Positions 1 through 9,972 are shown, counted from the first letter of the stretch. The stretch: 49,275 nt of DNA from Planctomycetota bacterium (GCA_026991575.1 JALXBF010000122.1:1-49275), one strand, 5' to 3'. A program made the numbers and translations. The notes: a model not told the origin generated them from the sequence alone.

Positions 1-378
1 GGACATCTTACAGGGCCCACCCTATACCCTGATGTACCGCAGGCTCCTCGCGTCCTGTGCCGATCAGGCCTCCGTCGTTCACGTCATCGGACCTTCCGAG
101 CATTCCGCCCCCAACCACCCCACGTCGCCATCCGCATCGGTCTGTTTTCCCCCGGACGCTGACCTGGCCTTCCGACAAGGCATCTTGGGCTTCGCCACTA
201 CCCAGCAGGCCCGCCACGACGTCAGGCCGAATCGGGTTCCTCTCGTGCGGACTACTCGTTCGCCTCCGGTTGCTCCCCACGCCCCCTCACGAAGCCGCAG
301 TTACCTTCGGCTACAGGGTCCAGACCAAACCCTGGCCAGGACTTCCACCTCGCTGATCCAACGCGCTCCGACGCGCAC
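1..378 (-). mobile_element. Group II intron, 5' portion (domain I); the rest, including any RT/maturase ORF, lies left of the window
   Basis: Minus strand begins GTGCG at 378, the group II 5' consensus GUGYG. It continues with domain-I-like blocks GGTGGAAGTCC, GTAGCCGAAGGTAACTGCG...GTGGGGAGCAACCGGAGGCGAAC, GAACCCGATTCGGCC and GGCGAAGCCC. No credible protein ORF here. Subclass not resolved. Confidence 0.8.
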
Positions 379-379
379 C

Positions 380-406
380 GGGCGGGAGGCTTTATGCCCC
401 CCGCCC
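380..406. repeat. Hairpin (REP- or terminator-like) at the intron 5' exon junction
   Basis: Minus strand GGGCGGGGGGC-ATAAA-GCCTCCCGCCC: an 11-bp stem with one G-T pair, ending 1 nt before the intron GTGCG. Confidence 0.7.
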
Positions 407-469
407 GTCCATTAACGCAACATGACGGGTTGATTTGGCTATGCCCTCGGCGGGGTTCCTGCTCCGCAA

Positions 470-845
470 GTCCCCTCACTTCGAAGGCGGCGCCGACCGC
501 CGGGAACGCAGGAACGTCCCGCGGCGCCACTCTCGCCAGCGCAACGATCGCCTCATGCCGCAGCCGAGCGTCCTGTTGTCGTCGAAGCTGCCGACGGATC
601 ACCGGTACAGGTGGGGCGGTCACTTCCCCCAGCCGATCGGCCCCCACCGGAGCTAACGCCCGTACCGGCGGGCCCTGGTGCTCGGGCAGCTGTTCGGGCA
701 CGGGTACGGCATCCGGACCAAATCTCACCACCCGCTCGATCGCATGCGGCCGTTCGGCCAGGTCATCGGCACCGGCCCGCACCATCAGGGCCCGTAGTCC
801 CGCGTCCGATGTGCTCGACGGCCGGCCAGACGAAACGGGGACCAA
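470..845 (-). pseudogene. Degenerate HEAT/PBS-lyase-like repeat protein fragment
   Basis: DDLAERPHAIERVVRFGPDAVPVPEQL...PPVRALA...LG...PVIRRQL...QDARLRHEAIVALARV resembles HEAT repeats, with prolines breaking the helices. No clean start or end. Confidence 0.45.
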
Positions 846-1447
846 TCGAGACGATCGGACGTACTGAAGTTCCGCAGCAATAGATGGTTTCCGCTACCGG
901 CAAATGCACAGGCGGCTCAGCAAGGCGCACGGCGCGAGCAATCCGTACCACTACGGGCGGCGAATCGAAGGTGTGGCAACACAGGATGATACCCTCGGCT
1001 ACGTCCCTAAGCGTGTTGTTCTACCGCCCTGAACTGCGGGCAAGAACCACAGCTCGCCAGGAAACGGGCCACCGTCCGTCGGGCTGCCCTCTATCTGCGC
1101 TTCGCCTCCGCACCGTCGGACGCCGCATCAGCGGACTGCTCGGCATCAGTTTCGGCCTGTCCCCCACTCCGAGCTTCCGATGTCTCGTCATCGGACGCTG
1201 GCCCATCGGCGGCAGTCACCACGATCGTCCCCTGAACCGCGTACAGCTTCCGCCCGTCGGTCCGCCTCGCTGATGTCCTCCACGACTCGCTTGCACGCTC
1301 GCCCCCACCCTCATCTCCGGCCCTTCTGGGGCCGCCAGGCCAGTTTGGCTATCCTGTAGGCAGCCTTGTGCCTTTAGCCTGTCGATCGTATCCCGACTGG
1401 TTGGGCATTGGACGCTGTGGCCCGCGTGATCAACGCGTTGGGGCTAA

Positions 1448-2107
1448 GCCGCTTCTTCCGCAGCAGGCTCGCTGTGGGCTCTACGGGCCAGGTACCTGGC
1501 ACCAGATTTGGGACGATTTGCTAGTGTGGATCCCCTGCTTTTCGTTTCACGCCCTAACCCTTATGCCTACGCCCGGTCAAGGCCGGCGTACAGACTCGAT
1601 CCACCTGGTCTGTCGGACCAGGACACTGGCTCGGAGAAACAGGTCGAACGACCGCAAACGCTCGATGAGTTCGCGGCGCGGGACCGGTCTCTCCTGAGGC
1701 CTCTCGGCGATGGTGGCGCTTTCGAGGCAGCGCTGAGATACCGCGTCCTGAACGCTTCTTTTCACGGCGGAAAAGATCTCGACGAACCACCGCTCTCCCC
1801 GTCCCCATGGTCTGAACTCGGCGGTCTCTTAGCCTGGCTAGCGATCAAGATGGGGTCCCGAATCGCCACCCGACCTATACCGTTCTGGCCTGTTCGGATT
1901 ACATTTAGGAAGCTGCTCGAGCAGGCACCCAAGGAAGTGAGCGGCCTCAACGAGCCGCCGCCACCACCGCCGATAGACAGACCGAAGCGGTGGCCCGAGA
2001 GCAAGCCCTTCCACGAGAGAAGTCGCACCTGTCCCGTCGAGCCGGGACTACGGTGCCACGAGAATTCCAATTGCCGTTCGTCCCCGTTGTATTGGTGCGA
2101 ACGCTAG
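1448..2107 (+). pseudogene. Orphan Rhs-repeat-associated core C-terminus plus variable C-terminal extension (putative toxin tip)
   Basis: Open frame after TAA at 1445 reads LWALRARYLAPDLGRFASVDPL...NPYAYARSRPAYRLDPPGL, matching the Rhs core end (RARYYDPxxGRFxSxDP...NxYxYxxxxPxxxxDPxGL). About 160 aa of unrelated sequence follow. The YD-repeat body is absent. Confidence 0.75.
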
Positions 2108-2120
2108 CGGAGAGGCAGCG

Positions 2121-3221
2121 ATGCTTCGTTCATGCCTGGCGATCGTCATCGCTTGGCCCGTGGCCTCGGTGTGCGCCGGCAACGCCCCAGCTCATCCGCC
2201 GGCCAACACTAACCGGTGCTACACGATATCGTTGCGGCCAGTGCCGTGCGGGCTGTTGGTGGGCTGCACACCCCAGGGTACCCTCCTGATCACTGTAGAG
2301 CGACCCGTCGGGAAAACCCTCCTTTTCCGGTGGCACCCCGGTCGAGCACGGTGGACTGAGGAGCAAGGCCTCCAGGGCGAAGCCCAGCTAGTCGTGTCCA
2401 CCCGCGGCGACATGATTCTCGCCAGAGACCGTCACAGCGCCCTGTGCCGAGTGCGGCCAAATGGTCTCGTGCTGTGGTCGGCCTCAATGAAACCCGGCAA
2501 GCTTGGTCAGGTCTTCTGGGATGGTGCTTCGCAGTTGGTCGGTGGGGAGGCATGGTTGCCGGCCAATGGTCCCGTGGCAGAGACCGCCTTTCGCACATTT
2601 GCGATCGATCTGAAAAGCGGTCAGCTCCGCTGGGGCCCTATGGGGCGGTACGGGGTTCCGGTTGGTCGGGATCGGATCTGGTACTTCAGGTATCAGCAGC
2701 ACGCCAGCCCGCACACACTGGTGTACGAGTGGACTCCCTCTACGGGGAAAACGCGCCTCCTCCGCTCGTACGCGGCATTTGTTGGGTTACCGACGGTCTC
2801 ATCAGCCATGCCGCACACGGTGGTAGCACAGACATTCTCTCCGAATGACGGAGAGGAAGCACGGCGACTGGTCGCCATCTCCCGCAAGGATGGCTCCCTT
2901 CGCGTGCTCTGCCCGGGCCGTGGACCGGTCGCTTGCGGCACAGCACCGTACGTGGCCTACGTACAAGAAGGACACCCCGAACGGCTGGCTGTCTACTGTC
3001 TCCGCTGTGCCAGGACATTCTTTCTGGCAGGCTCGGCCAAGCTCATTGCTTTCGGCACCTACAAATGGTGTCTCGGCGAGCCGCAACTAGCGTGGCAGGC
3101 TCCTGCAGGGGCTACCGCAGGTGACAGGCGCCTTGCCACGGCGGCTCTCGTTCTTGTTGACCTGGCATCGCACACGTGCAACCCACCCGGGCATCCCAGT
3201 CGCGAGCAGGCGACTCGATAA
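2121..3221 (+). CDS. Exported hypothetical protein, possibly beta-propeller-like; candidate immunity partner of the Rhs tip
   Basis: 366 aa, GGAGAGG RBS, N-terminal signal peptide (MLRSCLAIVIAWPVASVCA), beta-strand-rich. Starts 13 bp after the Rhs-CT stop. Confidence 0.55.
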   Translation: MLRSCLAIVIAWPVASVCAGNAPAHPPANTNRCYTISLRPVPCGLLVGCTPQGTLLITVERPVGKTLLFRWHPGRARWTEEQGLQGEAQLVVSTRGDMILARDRHSALCRVRPNGLVLWSASMKPGKLGQVFWDGASQLVGGEAWLPANGPVAETAFRTFAIDLKSGQLRWGPMGRYGVPVGRDRIWYFRYQQHASPHTLVYEWTPSTGKTRLLRSYAAFVGLPTVSSAMPHTVVAQTFSPNDGEEARRLVAISRKDGSLRVLCPGRGPVACGTAPYVAYVQEGHPERLAVYCLRCARTFFLAGSAKLIAFGTYKWCLGEPQLAWQAPAGATAGDRRLATAALVLVDLASHTCNPPGHPSREQATR

Positions 3222-3359
3222 AAGGCACACGTCCTCGACGGCAATCGTCCACGGGTCGGGCGCAGACGGGTAGTGCGGGACAATGATCGAGGTAAGATCG
3301 ACTAGCGTACGCAGTGGTCGAAAAGTATCGGTAGAAAGAGCATCGCTCCCAGCCGTCGC

Positions 3360-4090
3360 TTGCCAGGCTCGGGGACGGGGCGTGAAGGTTGTCTTCCCTG
3401 GCGCCAAGCAACGACCGCGTCCCTGAAGAAGCTTCGGATACCGCGCCCGTTTGGCCGATACATCTCCGTGATGGTTAGCAGTCGTTCTGTGCAGCGAGCA
3501 CCAGATCCGGTGTCATTGCCGAAGCTGATCTTTCGGCAGATCACCGGTGACCGCAGCGCCCGCTCCGCCGCATTGTTGGTGGGCTCAACGCCGTCCTAGT
3601 ACAACAACACCCACGACGACGGTTCGTGTCGCATTGGGAAGCGGCGCGTTGCCGTGGTCTTGGCACACTTCGGCCGTGCCCTTGCTCAAGCAGTTCTCTG
3701 ATCCACCACCGTGCGTGCTTCAGGATCGGGCCCTGCACGGTGCCACACGCGACCTCACCACGACACATCCGCGCATGCTGCAACAAAACAAACTCGGGGT
3801 TGTTCAGCAGAAGCGCGCCGATCTGGCCACTCGTCCCTCCCTACGGCGCAAGAAGAGCTTCTCATCACGCACCGCGCCCGCCAACTGACCCTGCGCGTGT
3901 GTTGGGCCAAGAGAGGCCCGACTCCCTTCAAGCAAGCGGGCCCATCGATCAACTTCCGAGCCCGCACGATGGTCCCCTGGCATGGCGCGTGTCTCCTTCA
4001 CCGTGCCGTGCGCGCACCCGGCGATCCACAGGTCCAGTGGCGGCCAACGGTCGAGACGCAGCCCTCCGCCGGTCGGGGACTTGACACACA
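3360..4090 (-). pseudogene. IS66-family transposase relic (C-terminal part, frameshifted)
   Basis: Minus strand across frames: ...WIRELLEQG / CAKTTATRRFPMRHEPSSWVLLY*DGVEPTNNAAERALRSPVICRKISFGNDTGSGARCTERLLTITE. The TNNxAERALR...RKISFG signature is typical of IS66 TnpC. In-frame TAG at ~3596-3598 and frameshifts. Boundaries approximate. Confidence 0.8.
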
Positions 4091-4111
4091 CACAGGAGCA
4101 GTAAGATAGGT

Positions 4112-5281
4112 TTGGCTAGCAGCCCGGGGAGGCTTCCCAGGAAAGGAAGCAGCGGTCGCAAGCTCTGGGGGTTCACCCTTGCGCACGCGGCAGCAGGGGG
4201 CGCACTATTGCTCATCGTGGGCGGGCTGTGGATACTGGGTCGAGTCCGCCTGCAGGGCACAGGTTCGCATGCCGTGCATATCCCAGCCGTCGTCGACGTA
4301 GGCTCCGTCCTGGCCGAGGCAGATGGAACAATTCGGGCAAGCATACCCATCCGCAACGATGGAAAAGCGACTGCTGTCGTGCGTGTGGTCCGCGTGAGCT
4401 CTCCGTGCTGTGTCCGTCCGCTGCGGGATGCGCTCACGGTCCGTCCACACGGAACCGAGTCCCTCCCCCTGTCCATCCGGCCCGGTGCTACTGGGACGAA
4501 GTTCGCGGTGGCTGTGCTGCTGTCGGCGCGCACTGGTCGTGACGAACCCACCCGAGTCCAGGTGCGCGTGCAGGGCCGAACGGTGCCGGTCTTGGAGCTG
4601 GTCGATTCCTCAGGGGCGACGCTACGGCTGGTGGGACAACCCGGCCAAGAAATCGCTTGCAAGGGCTGGCTCCGCATTCGCGAACCCCGATCCACGAACA
4701 CACCGAGGGCCGCTGCAGTACCACGGCTCGTTTCCGACATCCAGAGCGTGCAGATTAGCGTCGGAGACGCCCTCCGCCGCGAGATTTGTCCTGCTTACAC
4801 CACCAACGAGTGGCCCGTCACCGTGCGTGGAAAGCTGCCCAGCACGGATCTCGCCGTCGCGTTCGTTCGGTTCCGGGTCGAGTGGGGCGGACTCTGCAGC
4901 GATCTCCTGGTTCCTGTAACGGTCAAGCCCGTCGTCTGGGCCGAGCCACGCTGGGTGAAAGTGACACGGTGTGCGGGTCTCGAATGTGGGGGTCATACTG
5001 TTCAGGTGCGTCTCCGGTCCGACGTCGCTGATGTGTTTGATGTCGAAGGCGTTAGCTGCCTTGAGGACTGTTCGATTGAGCTGCGCCGGAAATGGCGCAC
5101 TGATGCCAGGAGCATTTCGTGCGAGCTGTGGTTACGTTGCACCGAGAGCAGGCCGCTGGTAACCTTGAGCTTGGAACTCACCGGGGCACGTCAGACCACT
5201 GTGCGGGTTCCTGTCTTCTTTGTTTCAGGGGAGGAGGTAACCGATGACGCGGTACCTTCGAGGAGCAATTCGGGGGCGTGA
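4112..5281 (+). CDS. DUF1573-like Ig-fold domain protein with N-terminal membrane anchor
   Basis: TM segment, then VDVGSV...IPIRNDGKATAVVRVVRVSSPCC...TVRPHGTESLPLSI (DUF1573-like pattern) and further beta-sandwich-like segments. Confidence 0.65.
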   Translation: MASSPGRLPRKGSSGRKLWGFTLAHAAAGGALLLIVGGLWILGRVRLQGTGSHAVHIPAVVDVGSVLAEADGTIRASIPIRNDGKATAVVRVVRVSSPCCVRPLRDALTVRPHGTESLPLSIRPGATGTKFAVAVLLSARTGRDEPTRVQVRVQGRTVPVLELVDSSGATLRLVGQPGQEIACKGWLRIREPRSTNTPRAAAVPRLVSDIQSVQISVGDALRREICPAYTTNEWPVTVRGKLPSTDLAVAFVRFRVEWGGLCSDLLVPVTVKPVVWAEPRWVKVTRCAGLECGGHTVQVRLRSDVADVFDVEGVSCLEDCSIELRRKWRTDARSISCELWLRCTESRPLVTLSLELTGARQTTVRVPVFFVSGEEVTDDAVPSRSNSGA

Positions 5282-6311
5282 TCACCGCACGCGTAGACGA
5301 GGCTTCACGCTGGTGGAACTACTGACGGTGATAGGCGTTCTGGCCATCCTCTTCTCGGTTCTAATGCCGGCAGTGCAGCGTGCCCGGGCAACGGCGCGAC
5401 GGTTTCGGTGCCAGGCAAACCTACGGCAGCTTGCCCTGGCCCTGTCACGCTACCATGACAACCACCAGGTCGTACCCCCTGTTAGCCTGGGCTGGTTCCA
5501 ATGGATACGCGTGGGACTGTCCGGTCCAGTCCATCCGCGTGACTACTCCTTCCTGGTACACCTGCTGCCCTACTTGGGGCATGAACATCTGTATGCGTCG
5601 GTCAACTTCTCGATCGACGGATTCAATGTCGTCGCGGGCGGGGTGGCTGATACATACGCGGCGGCAGCCAACCGCACGGCGCTGTTCACCAGAGTAGAGG
5701 TCTTCCTGTGTCCGGCCGACGCCTACGGCGCTGAGGCGGCACCGAGCTCCTATCGAGGTTGCACCGGGCTGCTTGACTCGACGATCCGGCGCCGTGGTTG
5801 GCCCGATAGCGGGTTGGGCCTGTTTCAGAGTCCACCGCTAGTGTCGTTTGCTTCGGTGACGGATGGCCTCAGCATGACCGCGGCGCTGTCGGAACGTCTG
5901 CTCGGTGACGGCAACCTGACAAGGCCAATGGCCCGCGAGCGCGACATCCACTGGTTTGGCATGGTCCCGATACCAAACCGTACAGAAACATACGTGCGCA
6001 TTTGCGCGCTCCTTACGGAACGGCGCACGGCACCGTCGTTCCGTCGTGCTGGTTGGTTCTGGCTTGCAACCGGGCCTCTGTTCACGCTCTACAACCACGC
6101 CTTGCCCCCGAACTCACGCGTGATCGACTGCATGATTAATCCCGATGCCAACTGGGCAGCCTTGACGGCGCGCAGCAATCATGGCGGCGGCGTGAACGTA
6201 GCCTTCGTCGACGGCCATGTGCGGTTTGTGTCGGACAGTGTGGATCTCGGCGTGTGGCGAGCAATAGCTACCCGTGCAGGTGGCGAGCCCATCGACGAGT
6301 CGGCATTCTGA
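5244..6311 (+). CDS. DUF1559 prepilin-type protein with H-X9-DG motif
   Basis: RRGFTLVELLTVIGVLAIL type IV prepilin cleavage site; PAVQRARATARRFRCQANLRQLALAL; FLCPAD; SVTDGLSMT; C-terminal HGGGVNVAFVDG. Strong RBS GGAGGAGG. Confidence 0.95.
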   Translation: MTRYLRGAIRGRDHRTRRRGFTLVELLTVIGVLAILFSVLMPAVQRARATARRFRCQANLRQLALALSRYHDNHQVVPPVSLGWFQWIRVGLSGPVHPRDYSFLVHLLPYLGHEHLYASVNFSIDGFNVVAGGVADTYAAAANRTALFTRVEVFLCPADAYGAEAAPSSYRGCTGLLDSTIRRRGWPDSGLGLFQSPPLVSFASVTDGLSMTAALSERLLGDGNLTRPMARERDIHWFGMVPIPNRTETYVRICALLTERRTAPSFRRAGWFWLATGPLFTLYNHALPPNSRVIDCMINPDANWAALTARSNHGGGVNVAFVDGHVRFVSDSVDLGVWRAIATRAGGEPIDESAF

Positions 6312-6407
6312 CAACGCTACGGGGATCCCAGTTCACAATGCGGTTTCGTGCCATGCCGAACGCACCCGGCCAACGGGCGTTGCCACGACGACATGGGAGG
6401 AGCTGAT

Positions 6408-7565
6408 ATGAACCCGTTGAGCCTTCTGGCCGCGGGGATCGCTCTTGCGTCGTCCCCGGACGCACCCCAAGCAGCTCCCGCAGCACGTGTAACGGCTGCG
6501 CAGGCCATTGTGAGAGCGCTGTGGGCGGAGTACCAGGGGCTGGAGGATATCGTTTTTCATTTTGATGAATGGGCCCGAGCTGGAGGATCGGCGATCTGGC
6601 CAAGCGACAGCTCCCGCTCCGGCTACCTCTACTTGCGGCTGACCGATGGCGCGTACCGCTTGCGTCTGGACGCTGTGAATCAGAGGGGTGAGCAGCACCT
6701 CGAAGCGTCGGTCATCCGGGGCTCGCGCGCCAGCGTGACCCGGATTCCTGGAAAGCGAGCTGCGTTTCATCAGCAGCCCGCATGGACCTGGGCATGCTCG
6801 GGCTATTGCACTATGTTCGCAGTGCTTCTGGCGGGCAGGATGCCGGACGAGTACGCCGTGGAGCTGGTGGGCTGGGAAAAGGTGGATGGTGTACAGTGCG
6901 CCAGGGTGGCCGTGCATCACCTGAAAGCTGGTGGGGCAAGGCTGCTCGAGTATCTGCGGTCGACGGATCCGACTGCTGTGGCCCCGTTTCCGGCGCTTCA
7001 CTGCTGGGTGGATCTGGAGCGTGGGGGTGTGCTGCTTCGCTCTGCATTCGTGGCGTACAGGCAGGTGGGGCTTCGCCGTGAGGAAACGGTGCTGTTCGAC
7101 ACGTACACGCGTCAGGTGTATCGCTTCGACTGGGCCCCCGACCGCAAGCCGTTGTGGATCCCGGTGGAGCTGGTGACGAAACTGACGGAAGCTGAGACAA
7201 GGGCCGGTACCGTTCGTTTCGAACGGCGTCTCGTCATCATCCCCGATTCGATCCGCGTCAATGTCGGTTTGTCCGATGAGCAACTGGCTGTGCGCCCGCC
7301 GCCTGGGGCACGCGTCTCTCGCTACAGCGAAGAAAACGCGCACCTGAAGGTGGAACCCGCTGGAGTCGTGATGCGGTCGTTGAGCCAGGGTTCGCGCCCG
7401 CTGCTGTCCGAGCAGGAATTACCACCACCCCTTTCGGGCGTGGTCCTGCGCGCGCCGAGTGATCGGCAGACAGGCCGGGCTGGCTGGTGGTTCACGTGGG
7501 CCAGCCTCGCTGTCGGCGTCGTCTGTCTGGTTCTCGCGCTCTACCTCCGCGCTCGTAGGGCATGA
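6408..7565 (+). CDS. Exported, C-terminally membrane-anchored hypothetical protein (possible LolA/MucB-like fold)
   Basis: ATG at 6408 after GGGAGGAG; signal peptide; LVGWEKVDGVQCARV...WVDLERGGVLLR pattern; C-terminal TM helix plus basic tail (WWFTWASLAVGVVCLVLALYLRARRA). Confidence 0.7.
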   Translation: MNPLSLLAAGIALASSPDAPQAAPAARVTAAQAIVRALWAEYQGLEDIVFHFDEWARAGGSAIWPSDSSRSGYLYLRLTDGAYRLRLDAVNQRGEQHLEASVIRGSRASVTRIPGKRAAFHQQPAWTWACSGYCTMFAVLLAGRMPDEYAVELVGWEKVDGVQCARVAVHHLKAGGARLLEYLRSTDPTAVAPFPALHCWVDLERGGVLLRSAFVAYRQVGLRREETVLFDTYTRQVYRFDWAPDRKPLWIPVELVTKLTEAETRAGTVRFERRLVIIPDSIRVNVGLSDEQLAVRPPPGARVSRYSEENAHLKVEPAGVVMRSLSQGSRPLLSEQELPPPLSGVVLRAPSDRQTGRAGWWFTWASLAVGVVCLVLALYLRARRA

Positions 7566-8200
7566 ATCCCAGCGCAGCCGCCACCATGGCACACCGCGGC
7601 AAGATCCTGAGCAGGGCGTTTGTGCTCGGCCGCTGTGAAGCCGCCAGGACCTGGTTCGGGGTGCACGCGGCGGTTTCGCAACCGACGCGCGATCATAGCG
7701 GGGCGCGGGTCTCGAGCAGGATGCGCCGTAGGGCGGGGTCGCCCGCCGGGATATTGCGGACACGGAAAGTCGATCGACTCGCTTCGTTGCTGCGGTGAGT
7801 TGGCCGGGGGGTGGCCCCATCGGGGGAGCTTGGTCGAAACCGGGTCACAGCGCTTTCTTTCTTCCCTCTTCCCTGCGAACAACACGGTCACCAGTTTACC
7901 GGAGGCGGCGCGGGGGGCCTCAGGGAAACCGCTCTCGCTGGCGACGCCAGCACCACATACGACAGCACGTGCTTTGCCGCTCTCACCAGTGCGACCGACC
8001 GTTGATGCATCATCGACAGAGCGGCTCCTGCTCCACCCGTAGGACGGTCGATCGGGAACGTCGGCGTCCGCAAGACTGGGGCCGATTGAGGTGATCGGAC
8101 AGGCTCAGGTGGCCCATTCGATCCGGAAGAAAAGCTGCATGGGAACCGAGAAGCAGTCATAGAATGAGGTTCCATCTGTCACCTGGCCGAGGGCAAGAGC

Positions 8201-9952
8201 ATGGCTACAGACTGCGAGGCCGACGCCCATCGATGGGTTGAGGAACAGGCAGCTTGGTTGGAACCGAAGCGGATCCAGTGGTGCGACGGCAGCGACGAGG
8301 AAAGACGCTCGCTGACGGAGCTGCTCGAGCAAACCGGCAACTTCATCCCGCTAAACCACCGGCTTTACCCCAACTGCTGGCTCTATCGGAGCGATCCGCG
8401 TGATGTCGCCCGGACCGAAAAGAGCACGTTCATTGTCGTTCCGGAGCGTGACGATGCGGGCCCGACGAATAACTGGATGAGCCCTGACGAAGCACACGAA
8501 CGGGTCTGGCCGCTGTTCCGGCGAGCGATGCGCGGACGAACCATGTACGTCGTGCCGTACCTGATGGGCCCGCCCGGATCGCTGTTCTGCCGCGTCGGGA
8601 TCCAGCTCACTGATTCCCCCTACGTCGTGCTCAACATGCGCATCATGACCCGCATGGGACGCGTGGCACTCGAGGAACTCGCCCGTCAGAAACGTTTCGT
8701 CCCCGGCGTGCATGCCCTGGGAACACTCGATCCCGAGCACCGCTATATCCTCCACTTTCCCCGCACCGAGACAATCTGGAGCATCAACTCCGGCTACGGC
8801 GGGAACGCGCTTCTGGGCAAGAAGTGCTTCGGGCTGCGCATCGCCAGCTGGATCGGTCGGTGCGAAGGCTGGCTGGCTGAGCACATGCTGATTGTGGGCA
8901 TCGAGGATCCCTCCGGACGGACGCGGTACATTGCCGCCGCCTTCCCCAGTGCATGCGGCAAGACCAACCTCGCCATGCTGGTTCCGCCGAAGCAGTTCGA
9001 TGGCTACCGAGTCTGGACGGTTGGCGACGACATCGCCTGGCTACGCATCGGCCCAGACGGGCGGCTGTGGGCGGTTAATCCCGAAGCAGGCTTTTTCGGC
9101 GTCTTGAAGGGCACAAACGCCCGCACGAACCCGAACGCCGTGGCTACCTTCCAGGCCGACAGCATCTTCACCAACGCTGGCTTAACCCCCGAAAAGACAC
9201 CCTGGTGGGAAGGTTTGACCGACAGCCCCCCGCCAGGCACGGTGGACTGGCAAGGTCGCCCGTGGCGACCTGAGCTGGGGCCGGTGGCTCATCCAAACGC
9301 CCGCTTTACAGCCCCTGCTGCACGTTGCCCGTCGATCTCACCGCACTGGGAAGATCCCCAGGGCGTGCCGATCTCGGCCATCCTCTTCGGTGGCCGGCGG
9401 AAGACGTTGGTGCCCCTGGTGTATCAGGCATTCGATTGGGCTCACGGTGTGTTCCTCGGCGCTACGATGGCCTCGGAAACCACGGCCGCACAGAGCGGTG
9501 CGGTAGGTGTGGTCCGCCGCGATCCCATGGCCATGCTGCCGTTCTGCGGTTACAACATGGCCGACTACTTTGCACACTGGCTGGAAATCGGCAAGCGGCT
9601 CCGTCACCCGCCGCTGATTTTCGGTGTCAACTGGTTCCGTGTCGATGAGCAGGGACGATTCCTCTGGCCCGGTTTCGGTGAGAATCTGCGCGTGCTGCTC
9701 TGGGTCCTGGACCGGTGCGAGGGGCGCGTCGGTGCCGACGAAACACCAATCGGTTACGTGCCGCACGAACACGATATGAACCTGGAAGGACTGTCGCTGG
9801 AGCCGGGGGCTATGACCAAGTTGCTTGCCGTCGACCGCGCCGGTTGGCGCCAGGAAACGGAGGCCATCGCCGAGTACTTCGAACAGTTCGGCGACCGGTT
9901 GCCCACCGCGCTCCGATCGGAACTGGTCCAGCTGCAGAAGCGACTGGGCTGA
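8201..9952 (+). CDS. pckG: Phosphoenolpyruvate carboxykinase (GTP)
   Basis: RSDPRDVARTE, GYGGNALLGKKC, AFPSACGKTNLAM, VGDDIAW, NPEAGFFG, HPNARF, DPMAMLPFCGYNM and NWFR motifs; 583 aa. Confidence 0.97.
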   Translation: MATDCEADAHRWVEEQAAWLEPKRIQWCDGSDEERRSLTELLEQTGNFIPLNHRLYPNCWLYRSDPRDVARTEKSTFIVVPERDDAGPTNNWMSPDEAHERVWPLFRRAMRGRTMYVVPYLMGPPGSLFCRVGIQLTDSPYVVLNMRIMTRMGRVALEELARQKRFVPGVHALGTLDPEHRYILHFPRTETIWSINSGYGGNALLGKKCFGLRIASWIGRCEGWLAEHMLIVGIEDPSGRTRYIAAAFPSACGKTNLAMLVPPKQFDGYRVWTVGDDIAWLRIGPDGRLWAVNPEAGFFGVLKGTNARTNPNAVATFQADSIFTNAGLTPEKTPWWEGLTDSPPPGTVDWQGRPWRPELGPVAHPNARFTAPAARCPSISPHWEDPQGVPISAILFGGRRKTLVPLVYQAFDWAHGVFLGATMASETTAAQSGAVGVVRRDPMAMLPFCGYNMADYFAHWLEIGKRLRHPPLIFGVNWFRVDEQGRFLWPGFGENLRVLLWVLDRCEGRVGADETPIGYVPHEHDMNLEGLSLEPGAMTKLLAVDRAGWRQETEAIAEYFEQFGDRLPTALRSELVQLQKRLG

Positions 9953-9972
9953 GGTCCCGACAGGCTCAGCGG

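Noticed and set aside
8..415. Short ORFs at the window start
   Set aside because: They overlap structured intron RNA and have no RT or other motifs.
1090..1290. Minus-strand acidic Ala-rich frame (RKLYAVQGTIVVTAADGPASDDET...)
   Set aside because: Looks like a gene tail but has no convincing start or recognisable family.
7566..8200. Riboswitch, sRNA or small gene upstream of pckG
   Set aside because: No recognisable RNA motif or protein-like ORF by eye; needs an Rfam scan.
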